The notes under the pieces: model-generated
What the model was told of the DNA's origin: nothing
Databases searched by the model: none
Seen by the model: only the letters and a program-made list of their open reading frames with translations
Program-made: the position numbers and the translations under genes
In this document: in pieces, positions 12,253 to 22,076 of the stretch
Layout of the letters: the number at the start of each line of letters is the position of its first letter
Numbering within the stretch: position 1 is the first letter of the stretch
From: an uncultured Chloroflexia bacterium
GTDB taxonomy: Bacteria; Chloroflexota; Limnocylindria; Limnocylindrales; CSP1-4
NCBI GenBank assembly: GCA_963835945.1
Contig: CAWIHR010000068.1
Span: 2,325 to 66,324 of the forward strand
Direction: 5' to 3'
DNA: 64,000 nucleotides

Positions 12253-12265
12253 GCAGGAGTCGCAG

Positions 12266-13513
12266 ATGGCCGGGATCAGCATCCTCCAGGACGCCACCTA
12301 CCTGTTCACCTCGGAGTCGGTTACGGAGGGCCACCCCGACAAGCTGTGCGACCAGGTGAGCGACGCGATCCTCGACGCGATCCTGCACAACGACCCCGAC
12401 GCGCGCGTGGCCTGCGAGACCGCGACCACCAACGGCGTCGTGTTTGTCCTGGGCGAGATCACCACCAGCACCTACGTCGAGTTCCAGACCATTGTGCGCG
12501 AGACGATCAGGGACATCGGCTACACCGACGCGCGGTACGGCTTTGACTACCGGACGTGCGGAACGATGGTCTCGGTGCACGAGCAGTCGCCGGACATTAA
12601 GCGCGGCGTGGACGACGCCCTCGAGACCCGCGGCACCGGCGGCGAGGTCCACGACCAGGGCGCGGGCGACCAGGGCATGATGTTCGGGTTCGCCTGCCGC
12701 GAGACGCCCGAGCTCATGCCGCTGCCCATCGCGCTTGCGCACCGGCTGGCCCGGCGCCTGGCCGAGGTCCGTAAGGATGGCACGCTGCCCTACCTGCGCC
12801 CGGACGGCAAGACCCAGGTCACCGTGGAGTACGAGCGCGGCCTGCCGAAGGCCGTGCACACCGTCGTGATTGCGGCGCAGCACGACGAGGAAGTCGCCAC
12901 GGAACGTCTTCGGAACGACGTCATGGAATGCATCGTCTGCGAGGTTGTGCCGAAGGAGCTGCGGCGTCGCGACCCGGTCGTGCACGTCAACCCCACCGGC
13001 CGCTTCGTCATCGGCGGGCCGATGGGCGACGCGGGCCTGACCGGCCGCAAGATCATCGTCGACACCTATGGCGGCATGGCGCGCCACGGCGGCGGTGCAT
13101 TCAGCGGCAAGGACCCCTCTAAGGTCGACCGCTCCGCCGCCTACGCGGCGCGCTGGGTGGCGAAGAACGTGGTGGCCGCCGGGATCGCGGACCGGTTCGA
13201 GCTGGCGCTCAGCTACGCGATCGGCGTGGCCCGTCCGATCTCGGTTTCGATCGAGACGTTCGGTACGGGGCGCATCTCCGACGAGCGCATCGAGGCGTTG
13301 ATCCGGGCGCACTTCGACCTGCGGCCGGCGGCGATCATCCAGCGCCTCGACCTGAGACGCCCGATCTACCGCCAGGTGGCGGCCTACGGCCATTTCGGCC
13401 GGCCGGACCTCGACCTGCCCTGGGAGCGGATCGACGTCGCCGCGGCACTAGCCGACGACGCCGGCCTCCCGGCCCCCGGGGTCGTCCCGGCGGAGGCGAC
13501 CGTCGAGGCCTGA
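12266..13513 (+). CDS. metK: S-adenosylmethionine synthase
   Basis: Motifs seen are [58 protein letters not shown] and [19 protein letters not shown]. Confidence 0.95.
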   Translation: MAGISILQDATYLFTSESVTEGHPDKLCDQVSDAILDAILHNDPDARVACETATTNGVVFVLGEITTSTYVEFQTIVRETIRDIGYTDARYGFDYRTCGTMVSVHEQSPDIKRGVDDALETRGTGGEVHDQGAGDQGMMFGFACRETPELMPLPIALAHRLARRLAEVRKDGTLPYLRPDGKTQVTVEYERGLPKAVHTVVIAAQHDEEVATERLRNDVMECIVCEVVPKELRRRDPVVHVNPTGRFVIGGPMGDAGLTGRKIIVDTYGGMARHGGGAFSGKDPSKVDRSAAYAARWVAKNVVAAGIADRFELALSYAIGVARPISVSIETFGTGRISDERIEALIRAHFDLRPAAIIQRLDLRRPIYRQVAAYGHFGRPDLDLPWERIDVAAALADDAGLPAPGVVPAEATVEA

Positions 13514-13583
13514 GGGCGGATCGCCGGAACCCGCACCCGCCGAAGGCGGAGGCGAGCGGCGACCGGAAGAAAGGGAGGGCGGC

Positions 13584-14693
13584 GTGTACGTCGTGATCCT
13601 CGCGGGAGGGGGCGGGACGCGTCTGTGGCCGCTGTCGCGACAGGACCGACCCAAGCCGTTCCTGCCGCTCTTGGGCGGCGCGACACTCTTCCAGCGAACC
13701 GTGGCGCGGGCCTTGCCGCTGGTCGGCATCGATGGGATCTACGTGGTGGCAGAGCGGCGCCACGGGCCGCACGTGCTGGAGCAGGTGCCGGCGCTTCGGC
13801 CCGACCACGTGCTCGGCGAGCCGATGGGTCAGAACACGGCGCCGGCCATCGCGCTCGCTGCGGTTGCCGTCGAGCGGCCGCTGGGCGAGACGATGGTCGT
13901 GCTGCCGGCCGACGCCTGGATCGCCAACGACGATGCGTTTCGCGCTGCGCTGCGGGCAGTGGCGGAGGCCGACGGCCTGACCGGCGGCGCCCTCGACGTC
14001 GAGACACCCCTCGTGACGCTGGGAGTTCGGCCGGATCGTCCCGAGACAGGCTTCGGATACCTGGTGCCCCGCGCCGGTGTGGCGGCCCCGGGCGAGCTCC
14101 CCGCGTACCGGCTCGCGGCCTTCGTGGAGAAACCGGACGCGCGCCGCGCTGCGGATCTCCTGCGGATGCCTGGCATCGCCTGGAACGCGGGCATGTTCGC
14201 CTGGCGTCGCCGGGCCATCCTCGGCGCCCTCGAGCGCTTCGCCCCCGACATCCTCGAGGGCGTCCGCCTGGCGCTCGCGGCGCCTGGCGCGAACGAGCAG
14301 GGTGGTCTGCTCGACGGCCCCGAGGCCGCGCGCCGGTACGCGAGCGTGCGCTCCGTGTCGATCGACTATGCGGTGATGGAGGACGCGGCGCGGGCGGGCA
14401 CGGTGCTGATGGGCAGCCTCGATGCGGGCTGGAGCGACGTGGGGAACTGGCGGGCCGTCCGCGAGCTGCAGGCCACGTCGCCCGGGGGATCGTCCGGCAC
14501 TGCCATCGACCTCGACTCCCGGGATATCCTCGTGCGCGCCCTGGGCGGCCGGCTGGTGGCGACCATCGGGCTGTCGGATACCATCGTGATCGACACGCCC
14601 GACGCCCTGCTCGTCTGCGCCGCCGACCGGGCGCAGGACGTGAAGGCCATCGTGGAGCGCCTCAGGGAGGCGGGGGAGACTGACCACCTGTGA
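13584..14693 (+). CDS. Mannose-1-phosphate guanylyltransferase (GDP-mannose pyrophosphorylase type)
   Basis: The GTG start gives VYVVILAGGGGTRLWPLSRQDRPKPFLPL. GYLVP, FVEKPD, WNAGMFAW and SIDYAVME are also present. A GGGAGGG RBS lies upstream. Confidence 0.8.
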   Translation: MYVVILAGGGGTRLWPLSRQDRPKPFLPLLGGATLFQRTVARALPLVGIDGIYVVAERRHGPHVLEQVPALRPDHVLGEPMGQNTAPAIALAAVAVERPLGETMVVLPADAWIANDDAFRAALRAVAEADGLTGGALDVETPLVTLGVRPDRPETGFGYLVPRAGVAAPGELPAYRLAAFVEKPDARRAADLLRMPGIAWNAGMFAWRRRAILGALERFAPDILEGVRLALAAPGANEQGGLLDGPEAARRYASVRSVSIDYAVMEDAARAGTVLMGSLDAGWSDVGNWRAVRELQATSPGGSSGTAIDLDSRDILVRALGGRLVATIGLSDTIVIDTPDALLVCAADRAQDVKAIVERLREAGETDHL

Positions 14694-16168
14694 ACGAGCA
14701 GAGCGTGCAACGGCCACCCATCGTCTTTGGGACGGATGGATGGCGCGCACGGGTCGCGGACGAGTACACCTTCGAGAACGTTCGACGGTGCGCCGAGGGT
14801 GTGGCCCGCTATGTCACCCAGGAGGGAACCGCCGCGAAGGGCGTGATGGTCGGCTACGACCGGCGCTTCGCGAGCGAGTACTTCGCGCAGGCCGCCGCCG
14901 AGGTCCTGCTCGCGTTCGACATCCCTATCCTCTACGCCGCCGCCCCGATCCCCACCCAGATGACCTCGTTCGAGGTGGTCTCGCGAGGGACCGCCACGGC
15001 GATCATGATCACGGCCTCGCACAACCCCTGGACCGACAACGGCTTCAAGGTGAAGTCACCCTCGGGCGCCGCCGCCGGGCCCGAGATCCTCGCGGTCCTC
15101 GAGCGCACCATCTCGGAGCATGCGGGCTCTGCACCGCCGCGCCGGCCGTTCGCCGACGCCGAGGCAGCTGGCCTGGTCGAGCGGGTGGACCCGTTCGAGG
15201 GCTACCGCGATTACGTGGCACGCACGCTCGACCTTGAGCGGCTGCGGGCCGCAGACGTCAGCGTCCTTGTGGAGCCACTCTACGGCTCCGGCGCGGGCTG
15301 GATCCCCCGGCTCCTCGAAGGCGGCCGAATCCGGATCCGCGAGATCCACTCCGAGCGCAACCCGTACTTCGGCGGCATCAACCCGGAGCCGATCCGCCCG
15401 AACGTGGACGAGGCACTGGGCATCCTCGCCGCGGGCGGCTATGACCTCGGGCTCCTGCTCGACGGCGACGCGGACCGCGCCGGCGCGGCTGACGAGCGGG
15501 GGAGGTTCATTCATCAGCTGCAGGTCATGGGCCTGTTGATGTACTACCTGCTCGAGCACCGCGGCATGCGGGAGCCGGTCGTGTCCACGGTCAACGAGAC
15601 ATCGATGGTGGAGCGGCTCGGGCAGCGCTATGGCGTGGCGGTCCACGAGACCTCGGTCGGGTTCAAGTACGTGGGCCCCAAGATGATCGAGACCGGCGCG
15701 ATGATGGGCGGCGAGGAATCCGGCGGCTATGGCTTCGGCATGCACCTCCCGGAGCGCGACGGGATCTACGCCGACCTGATGCTGCTCGACCTGTTCCTCC
15801 GAGAGCGGGAACAAGGCCGCTGGCCTGTCTCGAGGGCGGTCGCGCACCTGCATGAGATCGCCGGACCGTCGTACTACCTGCGGACGGACGTGCACCTCGA
15901 TCGCGTGACGTATCCGCAAGTCAAGGATCGGCTCTGGAAGGAACTGTCCACCGAGCCGCCGGCCCGCATCAGCGGCGAACCGGTCGCGCGGAGCGTCACT
16001 CTCGTGACCAACGATGGCTTCAAGTGGTGGACGCCGGACGGATCGTGGCTGCTGATCCGGTTCAGCGGCACCGAGCCGCTTGTCCGCGTCTACGTCGAAG
16101 CAACGTCGGAAGCGAAGCGCGACGCGATGCTCGGCGCCGGCGAGCGGCTCGTCCGCGGCACCGCGTGA
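14690..16168 (+). CDS. Phosphomannomutase/phosphoglucomutase (alpha-D-phosphohexomutase family)
   Basis: FGTDGWRA, the active-site loop ITASHNPWTDNGFKV, the metal site LLLDGDADR, and GGEESGG are present. The start overlaps the upstream stop by 4 nt. Confidence 0.9.
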   Translation: MNEQSVQRPPIVFGTDGWRARVADEYTFENVRRCAEGVARYVTQEGTAAKGVMVGYDRRFASEYFAQAAAEVLLAFDIPILYAAAPIPTQMTSFEVVSRGTATAIMITASHNPWTDNGFKVKSPSGAAAGPEILAVLERTISEHAGSAPPRRPFADAEAAGLVERVDPFEGYRDYVARTLDLERLRAADVSVLVEPLYGSGAGWIPRLLEGGRIRIREIHSERNPYFGGINPEPIRPNVDEALGILAAGGYDLGLLLDGDADRAGAADERGRFIHQLQVMGLLMYYLLEHRGMREPVVSTVNETSMVERLGQRYGVAVHETSVGFKYVGPKMIETGAMMGGEESGGYGFGMHLPERDGIYADLMLLDLFLREREQGRWPVSRAVAHLHEIAGPSYYLRTDVHLDRVTYPQVKDRLWKELSTEPPARISGEPVARSVTLVTNDGFKWWTPDGSWLLIRFSGTEPLVRVYVEATSEAKRDAMLGAGERLVRGTA

Positions 16169-16182
16169 GGAGTGAGACCGAC

Positions 16183-17265
16183 ATGGGTGGTGTGCTCGAC
16201 GACGCGACCGCGATCGGGCGCTACGACAGCGAGGGCATGCTGGCGGCGATCCCGCGCCTCGCCGAACAGCTGACCGACGGCTGGGCGCGCTCGCGAGCGC
16301 TCGACCTGCCGGCATCGCACCGGGGACCGTCCGCCGTCGTGGTCCTCGGCATGGGCGGCTCGGCGATCGGGGCCGACTTGGTCCGGGGGATCTTCTCGGA
16401 TCGCCTGCGGGCCTCGCTCGTGACGGTGCGCGACTACGATTTGCCCCGTTTCGTCCAGCCGCCGATGCTCGTGGTAGCGGCGTCCCACAGCGGTGCGACC
16501 GAGGAGACGCTGAGCGCGCTCTCGCAGGCGATCCGCCGCGGCTGCCCGGTGGCGGCCATTAGCACCGGCGGGCCGCTCCTCGTCGCGGCTCGCACGGGCG
16601 GGCTTCCGTACCTCGAGTACATCGGCGAGTCCCAGCCACGTGCCTCCGTCGGCTCGGGCGTAGCGCTCTTGGCAGGGCTGCTCGAACGGGCCGGGTGCCT
16701 AGACGCCAGCGAGCAAGAGTTCGTCGACGCCGCGGAGGCGGTGCGCGAGATGGTGGCCCACTGTGAGCCCGGAGTCGCCACGGAGTCAAATCCCGCCAAG
16801 CAACTCGCCTGGTCGCTGGTCGACCGCCTTCCCGTGGTGGAGGCGGGCGGCTTCTTAGCGGCGGTTGCGCGGCGCTGGAAGACGCAGCTCAACGAGAACG
16901 GCAAGTCCATTGCCTGCTGGGAGGAACTGCCCGAGGCGACCCATAACGCGGTGGTCGGCTACGAGCAGCCAGAGACGCTGCACGAGCGCACGTTCGTCGT
17001 GCTGCTCGCGAGCCCGGACGATCACCCCCGGGTGGCTCTGCGGCGCGGCCTCTCGGCCGACTTGCTGGCGGAGCGCCAGGTGGGGCACGAGGTCGTGGTG
17101 GTGGGCGGTCGCGGACGACTCGCGCAGGCGGCATCGGCCATCGCGCTGGGTGACTTCGTGAGCGTCTACCTGGCCATCCTCTATGGGCTGGATCCCACGC
17201 CCGTGGCGGCCATCTCGTACGTCAAGGAGCGCCTCGCGTTGGCCGATCCGGACATGACCGAGTAA
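16183..17265 (+). CDS. Bifunctional phosphoglucose/phosphomannose isomerase (SIS domains)
   Basis: VVLGMGGSAIGADL and ASHSGATEETL are SIS-domain motifs. A C-terminal PMI/PGI-type segment is also present. The internal ATG at 16183 follows the upstream stop. Confidence 0.75.
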   Translation: MGGVLDDATAIGRYDSEGMLAAIPRLAEQLTDGWARSRALDLPASHRGPSAVVVLGMGGSAIGADLVRGIFSDRLRASLVTVRDYDLPRFVQPPMLVVAASHSGATEETLSALSQAIRRGCPVAAISTGGPLLVAARTGGLPYLEYIGESQPRASVGSGVALLAGLLERAGCLDASEQEFVDAAEAVREMVAHCEPGVATESNPAKQLAWSLVDRLPVVEAGGFLAAVARRWKTQLNENGKSIACWEELPEATHNAVVGYEQPETLHERTFVVLLASPDDHPRVALRRGLSADLLAERQVGHEVVVVGGRGRLAQAASAIALGDFVSVYLAILYGLDPTPVAAISYVKERLALADPDMTE

Positions 17266-17407
17266 GTCGTCCGCCCCGATCTTCTCTTGGCGCGAGGTGT
17301 AGTCTGGACGGACAAGCTGGTCGGCGACGGCCGCCCGAACGAGCGGTTGCCCGGCTGATGAGATGGGCTCGCGGACGGCGTTCGCGGTCCCCGGAGGTGT
17401 TGCCCAG

Positions 17408-17683
17408 ATGCATTCCACCCTCATCGGCAAGATCGAGAAGGCGAACCGGTACGCGCGCGAGACGGATCGGATCACGTTCCAGTCCCTGTCCCTGACGTTC
17501 CGGGGAGACAACGACACGCACGTCGTTTCACTCGATACCGATGGGTGGCATTGCTCGTGCCACTTCTTTGAGAGCTGGAAGAGCTGCGTCCACGTCCTGA
17601 CGCTCCAGAAGGTCCTCGGGGCGATGCTGCCCGAGGAGGCGCAGACGTCGATCTACGCCGCTGTCGAGGCGGCGGCCGTCTGA
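17408..17683 (+). CDS. Small stand-alone SWIM zinc-finger protein (91 aa)
   Basis: The CxCxnCxH signature is WHCSCHFFESWKSCVHVLTL. A GGAGG sits 8 nt upstream of ATG 17408. Confidence 0.6.
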   Translation: MHSTLIGKIEKANRYARETDRITFQSLSLTFRGDNDTHVVSLDTDGWHCSCHFFESWKSCVHVLTLQKVLGAMLPEEAQTSIYAAVEAAAV

Positions 17684-17737
17684 CCTTCCGTCCTGGAAGA
17701 CAGCCCTGCGGCGACGCCGCCGCAATTGGCGCATGAC

Positions 17738-17763
17738 GAGCCGGCCCGGAAGCGGGCCGGCTC
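17738..17763 (+). terminator. GC-rich hairpin downstream of the SWIM gene
   Basis: GAGCCGGCCCG-GAAG-CGGGCCGGCTC is a perfect 11-bp stem with a 4-nt loop. It lies 55 nt after the stop and has no U-tract. Confidence 0.45.
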
Positions 17764-17959
17764 GCTGTCGGCGGTGGGGATGTCACGCCCCAGAGCCCAG
17801 TTCGCCCGTCTTGGTCCCCCGAGAGCGACCCCGCGAGGAGACCGCGAACGCGCGTCAGGACGGTTGCCGTCGACGACGGACACGGCGGGGCGAAGCCGGC
17901 TGCTTGAGGTTCGTCGACTGCCCGAAGGACGTGAGCATCGCGGGCGGAAGGTGTGTGCC

Positions 17960-18221
17960 GCGCGAGGCGGAGAAGGTGCCCATCGAGCACCCTAATCGCG
18001 GAGGCGGCCGTGGTGAGCGTCCGACATGTGACTCCGGGAGGTCTCCAAGGCGTCCGTTGCCCCGGCGCCTGGCGCGTTCCTCGCGATCGACATGGTCCTG
18101 GAGCACGGCGCGGTGGCCCCTTGTTGGGCACAAGGGGCCACGATGGGTCAGACTCGTCGCAGAGCTGCCGCGAAGCGGCGTCGGCAAGGTGCCCCGGCGC
18201 CGCCTGGGGGCTGCAGAGTAG
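17960..18221 (+). pseudogene. Remnant of the 3' end of an AMP-dependent synthetase/ligase (acyl-CoA synthetase) gene
   Basis: LIAEAAVVSV in one frame and VRLVAELPRSGVGKVPRRRLGAAE-stop in another resemble the C-terminal subdomain of adenylate-forming enzymes (h-E-a-a-V-v-g-v ... P-r-t-x-s-G-K-i-x-R-R-x-L). No N-terminal body is present. Confidence 0.45.
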
Positions 18222-18235
18222 ACTGCACGAAACGA

Positions 18236-18370
18236 CAGAACAGGACCGCGGGATCCGCGAAGCCGGTGTGAGTCCGGCACAGTCCCGCTACGGTGACCAG
18301 CCACGCGGCCTGCCGGGCCGCGGCTGGAAGTCCGGTCGCCGGACCCGCGGTCGTGCTCGTACCTTCGTAA
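18236..18370 (+). promoter_or_regulatory. Cobalamin (B12) riboswitch upstream of the BtuF-like gene
   Basis: The core GCGAAGCCGGTGTGAGTCCGGCACAGTCCCGCTACGGTGA matches the conserved GGGAA-n-GGTG-n-A-n-TCC-n-GC-n-G-n-CCCGC-n-AC-n-GT element. It is followed by GCCACGCGGCCTGCC. It lies directly 5' of a B12/siderophore-type ABC operon. The boundaries are approximate. Confidence 0.7.
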
Positions 18371-18385
18371 GAAAGGGAAGGCACC

Positions 18386-19405
18386 GTGTACCCCGCTCGC
18401 CCCGGCCCGCGTCCCGTTTCCCCTCTTACCGCGCTGGCGCGTGGTCGTGCGCTGGCGGTCGCGTTGCTGCTGACCCTGCTCCTGGCGGGGTGCGGCTCGG
18501 CCACCACCCCGGCATCGGCCCCACCCGTGGCGGCTACCGGCGCGGCTCCGGCTTCCTCGTTCCCGCTGACGCTGCGCGACGACGAGGGTACCAGCGTCGC
18601 CATCCCGCACGCGCCAGTCCGCATCGTCAGCCTCGCCCCATCGATCACCGAGACGCTCTTCGCGCTTGGGGAGGGAGGCCGCATCGTGGGCGTCACAAGT
18701 TCCGACGACTACCCGCCGGCCGCGAAGTCGCTCCCGGAGGTGGCGAGCTACACCGGGGTGGAGACCGAGAAGGTCGTCGCCGCGCGGCCGGGCCTCGTCA
18801 TCGCCTGGAAGGGGATCACGTCGGCGAGCGACATTGCGCAACTCCGCTCGCTCGGATACCCAGTCGTCGTCCTCTATGCGACCACGCTGCCCGCCGTGTT
18901 CGCCGACATCGTGCTGGTAGGCGAGGCGACCGGTGAAGCTGGCCCCGCCGAAGCCCTCGCCGCTCGCCTCTCGGCCCAGGCGTCCGCCATCGCCGCCGCG
19001 GTCGCAGGCGAACCCCGACCGCGCGTCTTCTACGAGCTCGATGCCACGAAGTCCATCTACACGCCGGCGCCGGATGACTTCACCACCGACCTCGTGCGCA
19101 GGGCGGGCGGCGACCCGATCACCAGCGGCGTGGCAGGCGTGTACTCGATTTCGCTCGAGCGGCTGGTCGCCGACGACCCGCAGGTGATCGTGCTGGGCGA
19201 CGCGAACTACGGCACCACGCCCGCGATCGTCGCCGCACGACCGGGCTGGGGGGGCATGACGGCGGTCGTGGACCATGCCGTGCGCCCCGTCGACGACACG
19301 ATCGTCACGCGGCCCGGGCCGCGGATCGTGGAAGGGCTGGCTGCGCTGGCCGAGGCGATCCACCCGGGCGTGGCGCTCCCGTCGCTCGGGCCCGCGGTGC
19401 CCTGA
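18386..19405 (+). CDS. ABC transporter periplasmic-type substrate-binding lipoprotein, cobalamin/Fe-siderophore class (BtuF/FecB-like)
   Basis: The signal peptide carries the lipobox LLLAGC. RIVSLAPSITETLFALGEGGRIVGVT and RPGLVIAW are typical of the family. Confidence 0.8.
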   Translation: MYPARPGPRPVSPLTALARGRALAVALLLTLLLAGCGSATTPASAPPVAATGAAPASSFPLTLRDDEGTSVAIPHAPVRIVSLAPSITETLFALGEGGRIVGVTSSDDYPPAAKSLPEVASYTGVETEKVVAARPGLVIAWKGITSASDIAQLRSLGYPVVVLYATTLPAVFADIVLVGEATGEAGPAEALAARLSAQASAIAAAVAGEPRPRVFYELDATKSIYTPAPDDFTTDLVRRAGGDPITSGVAGVYSISLERLVADDPQVIVLGDANYGTTPAIVAARPGWGGMTAVVDHAVRPVDDTIVTRPGPRIVEGLAALAEAIHPGVALPSLGPAVP

Positions 19406-20499
19406 TGGTTGCCACTCCCCGGACGCTGCCCGCGATCTCGCCGGGGGCCCGGGAGGCCGCCGCGCTGCTGGCGCGGTCGCGCACGCGATCCGTCGCCCTC
19501 GGGGTTGCCGGGGTCGCGGTGCTGTTGGTGGTGCTCGTGGCCGGTGTCGGGCTAGGCGAGGTCGTGATCCGCCCAGGCGACACGGTGGCGATCCTCGCCC
19601 ACCGCCTGCTGGCCTGGCCGGTGGCGCGGACGTGGAGCGCCGCCGACGAGACGATCGTGCTGCAGCTCCGCCTCCCGCGCGTGCTCGCGGCGATCGCCGT
19701 CGGCGCCTCGCTGGCGCTGGCCGGGACGGCGCTCCAGGGCTTGTTGCGGAATCCACTCGCTGATCCGTACGTCCTGGGCACCGCGAGCGGCGCCGCGCTG
19801 GGCGCCGCGCTGGGCGTGCTGGTCCCGGTGCGCGGGCTGATCTTGGGGTTCGGGCTCCTGCAGGGCCTGGCGTTCGCCGGCGCGCTGGGCGCCGTCATCG
19901 TGGTCTACCGGCTGTCGCGGACTGGCCCGCTCTCCTCGATGACTGGGGTGCTGTTGACGGGCTACGCCGTGAGTTCGCTGTTGGCCGCCGGGCTGGCGAT
20001 CACGATGTGGCTGTCCGGTGACAACCTGCGCCAGATCTTCTTCTTCCTGCTGGGCGGGTTCGACGGCGTGGCCTGGCCGCAGCTGGCGGCGGCGCTGCCG
20101 GCGATGCTGCTCGGCGGCGCCCTGCTCTTGACGCGCGGCCGCGCGCTTAACGCACTGCTCCTCGGCGAGGAGACGGCCGCCCACCTCGGGCTCGACGTGC
20201 GACGAGAGCGGGTCTTGCTCCTCGCCGCGGCGTCGCTGGTGACGGCCGCGTCGGTGGCCATCGCGGGTCTGATCGGGTTCGTGGGACTCGTCGTGCCCCA
20301 CGTGGTGCGGCTCGTGGTGGGTCCCGACGGCAGGTCCGTCCTGCCGCTGTCGGCGATCTGGGGCGGCGCCTTCCTCGCCGCTTGCGACCTGCTGGCGCGG
20401 ATCCCTGGGGACATCCCGGTCGGGGTCGTGACGGCCCTGCTCGGCGCCCCCTTCTTCCTCTGGATCCTGCGCCGATCTCGCTCGGGGTACGAGCTGTGA
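19405..20499 (+). CDS. ABC transporter permease, FecCD/BtuC family
   Basis: RLPRVLAAIAVGASLALAGTALQGLLRNPLADPYVLG is present with about 9-10 TM helices. The ATG overlaps the upstream TGA. Confidence 0.85.
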   Translation: MVATPRTLPAISPGAREAAALLARSRTRSVALGVAGVAVLLVVLVAGVGLGEVVIRPGDTVAILAHRLLAWPVARTWSAADETIVLQLRLPRVLAAIAVGASLALAGTALQGLLRNPLADPYVLGTASGAALGAALGVLVPVRGLILGFGLLQGLAFAGALGAVIVVYRLSRTGPLSSMTGVLLTGYAVSSLLAAGLAITMWLSGDNLRQIFFFLLGGFDGVAWPQLAAALPAMLLGGALLLTRGRALNALLLGEETAAHLGLDVRRERVLLLAAASLVTAASVAIAGLIGFVGLVVPHVVRLVVGPDGRSVLPLSAIWGGAFLAACDLLARIPGDIPVGVVTALLGAPFFLWILRRSRSGYEL

Positions 20500-21305
20500 G
20501 TGCCGGAGGGGTTGAGCTCCGGGGCGTTCGTGCCGCATACCGCGGCCGCGAAGTCCTGCACGGGATTGACTTGTCCATCCGGTCCGGCGAGCGCGTCGCG
20601 CTGATCGGACCCAACGGCGCGGGCAAGTCGACGCTCTTGCGGTGCGTCAGTGGGACCGCGCTGGAGCGTCGCGGCGAGGTCCTATTGGACGGCGTGCCCC
20701 TCGCCGCGCTCTCACGCGAGGCGGTGGCGTGCCGCGTCGCCGTGGTGCCGCAGCAGGCCACCGTGCCGTTCGCCACGAGCGTCGAGCAGCTGGTGGCGCT
20801 GGGACGGATCCCGCACGAGCACCCGTTTCTGGGACTCCGGGACGCCGATCGGCTGGCCGTCGCGCGGGCCATCGAACGGGTCGGGCTGGCCCACCTCGTC
20901 GGGCGTGACGCCCGGGAGCTCTCGCAGGGCGAGCGGCAGCTGGCGCTGCTCGCCATGGCCGTCGCCCAGGAGGCCTCGTGCCTGCTCCTTGATGAGCCCA
21001 CCGTGCACCTCGACCTTCGGCACCAGGTCGCGACGATGGAGTTGCTGGCGGAGCTCAACGAGCGTGACGGGGTCACGGTCGTCGCCGTCCTGCACGACGT
21101 GGTGCTTGCCGCCCACTTCTTCCCGCGACTGGTGGTGCTCGACGAGGGGTGCATCGCGGCCGACGGGGGAGCGGAAACCGCGCTTGCCCCCGAGCTTGTT
21201 CGCCGGGTCTTCGGCGTCGACCCGGGCCTCGTGGCACACGGATCAATAGTGCCGTTCGCGCCCGCGAGGGCGGTGCCCGCGGTCGCACCCGGCCCTCCCA
21301 GTTGA
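20496..21305 (+). CDS. ABC transporter ATP-binding protein (FecE/BtuD-like)
   Basis: Walker A is GPNGAGKST. The signature is LSQGERQ. Walker B is LLLDEPTVHLD. GTG 20496 overlaps the permease stop. Confidence 0.85.
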   Translation: MSAGGVELRGVRAAYRGREVLHGIDLSIRSGERVALIGPNGAGKSTLLRCVSGTALERRGEVLLDGVPLAALSREAVACRVAVVPQQATVPFATSVEQLVALGRIPHEHPFLGLRDADRLAVARAIERVGLAHLVGRDARELSQGERQLALLAMAVAQEASCLLLDEPTVHLDLRHQVATMELLAELNERDGVTVVAVLHDVVLAAHFFPRLVVLDEGCIAADGGAETALAPELVRRVFGVDPGLVAHGSIVPFAPARAVPAVAPGPPS

Positions 21306-21339
21306 CCGGGGCGTTCCTCCGACGCTACGCTCGCACGCG

Positions 21340-22020
21340 ATGACCCGAATCGCGCGCTCGGCCGGCGTCCTGGCGCTGGCGATCGCGCTTTCCTGCGCGT
21401 GCGGCGGGACCACCGCAAGCGCACTCCCGGCCTCGTCCGGCGGTTTGTCTGCCGGGTCGTCCGCGCCCGCGCCGACGGGCATCCCCGCGCCGGGATCGGC
21501 GAACCCGGCCGACGCGTCGCCCGTTCTCGCGTCCGGACTGCCGGCCTCCGCATCAATCGAGCCCGGGATGGCCAGCCCGTCGGTCGAGTTGACGGGAGCG
21601 TTGGGATGCAGCGGGAACCAGAACAACCGCGTGTTCTTCGAAGCGATCGCCGGGCAGGTCACGTGGACGGTGTATTGCGCGGTCCTGCCGACCGGCTGGT
21701 TCGTGCAGGCCGGTTCGTTCTCGCTGCGCAACGGCGGGCGCCTGGACATCACGTACCGGGGCCCTGGCGGGGCGCTGCTGACGCTCGTAGAGGGCAACGT
21801 CTGCGGGGGACAGACGAGCGGGTGCCCCGTGAGCGGGCAGGCGGTCGGAACAGCGTCGTTCGGCGACCAGCCAGGGACGCTGCTGGCGCTCCCCTCGGGC
21901 TCGGGTTACGCGATCGACGTCAACCCGGGCACGAACCCGGCATGGTCGGCGACCGGCACGGGCCTGGATGAGGCCGCGTTCACGGGGTTGGCCGCCGCCC
22001 TCCTGCGCGTCGCGGGCTGA
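21340..22020 (+). CDS. Putative lipoprotein of unknown function
   Basis: The signal peptide MTRIARSAGVLALAIALSCACGG has a lipobox-like LSC. The linker is Ser/Ala/Pro-rich. The Cys-containing C-terminal domain has no recognisable motif. Confidence 0.5.
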   Translation: MTRIARSAGVLALAIALSCACGGTTASALPASSGGLSAGSSAPAPTGIPAPGSANPADASPVLASGLPASASIEPGMASPSVELTGALGCSGNQNNRVFFEAIAGQVTWTVYCAVLPTGWFVQAGSFSLRNGGRLDITYRGPGGALLTLVEGNVCGGQTSGCPVSGQAVGTASFGDQPGTLLALPSGSGYAIDVNPGTNPAWSATGTGLDEAAFTGLAAALLRVAG

Positions 22021-22076
22021 TCTACCGTCCTGCCCCTGCGCCGTGGCAGGGGATGACATAGCCCGCAGGGAGGCGC

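Noticed and set aside
17855-19756. 633-aa ORF on the minus strand
   Set aside because: It is antisense to the riboswitch, the BtuF-like gene and the permease. Its Arg/Pro/Gly composition marks it as a shadow ORF.
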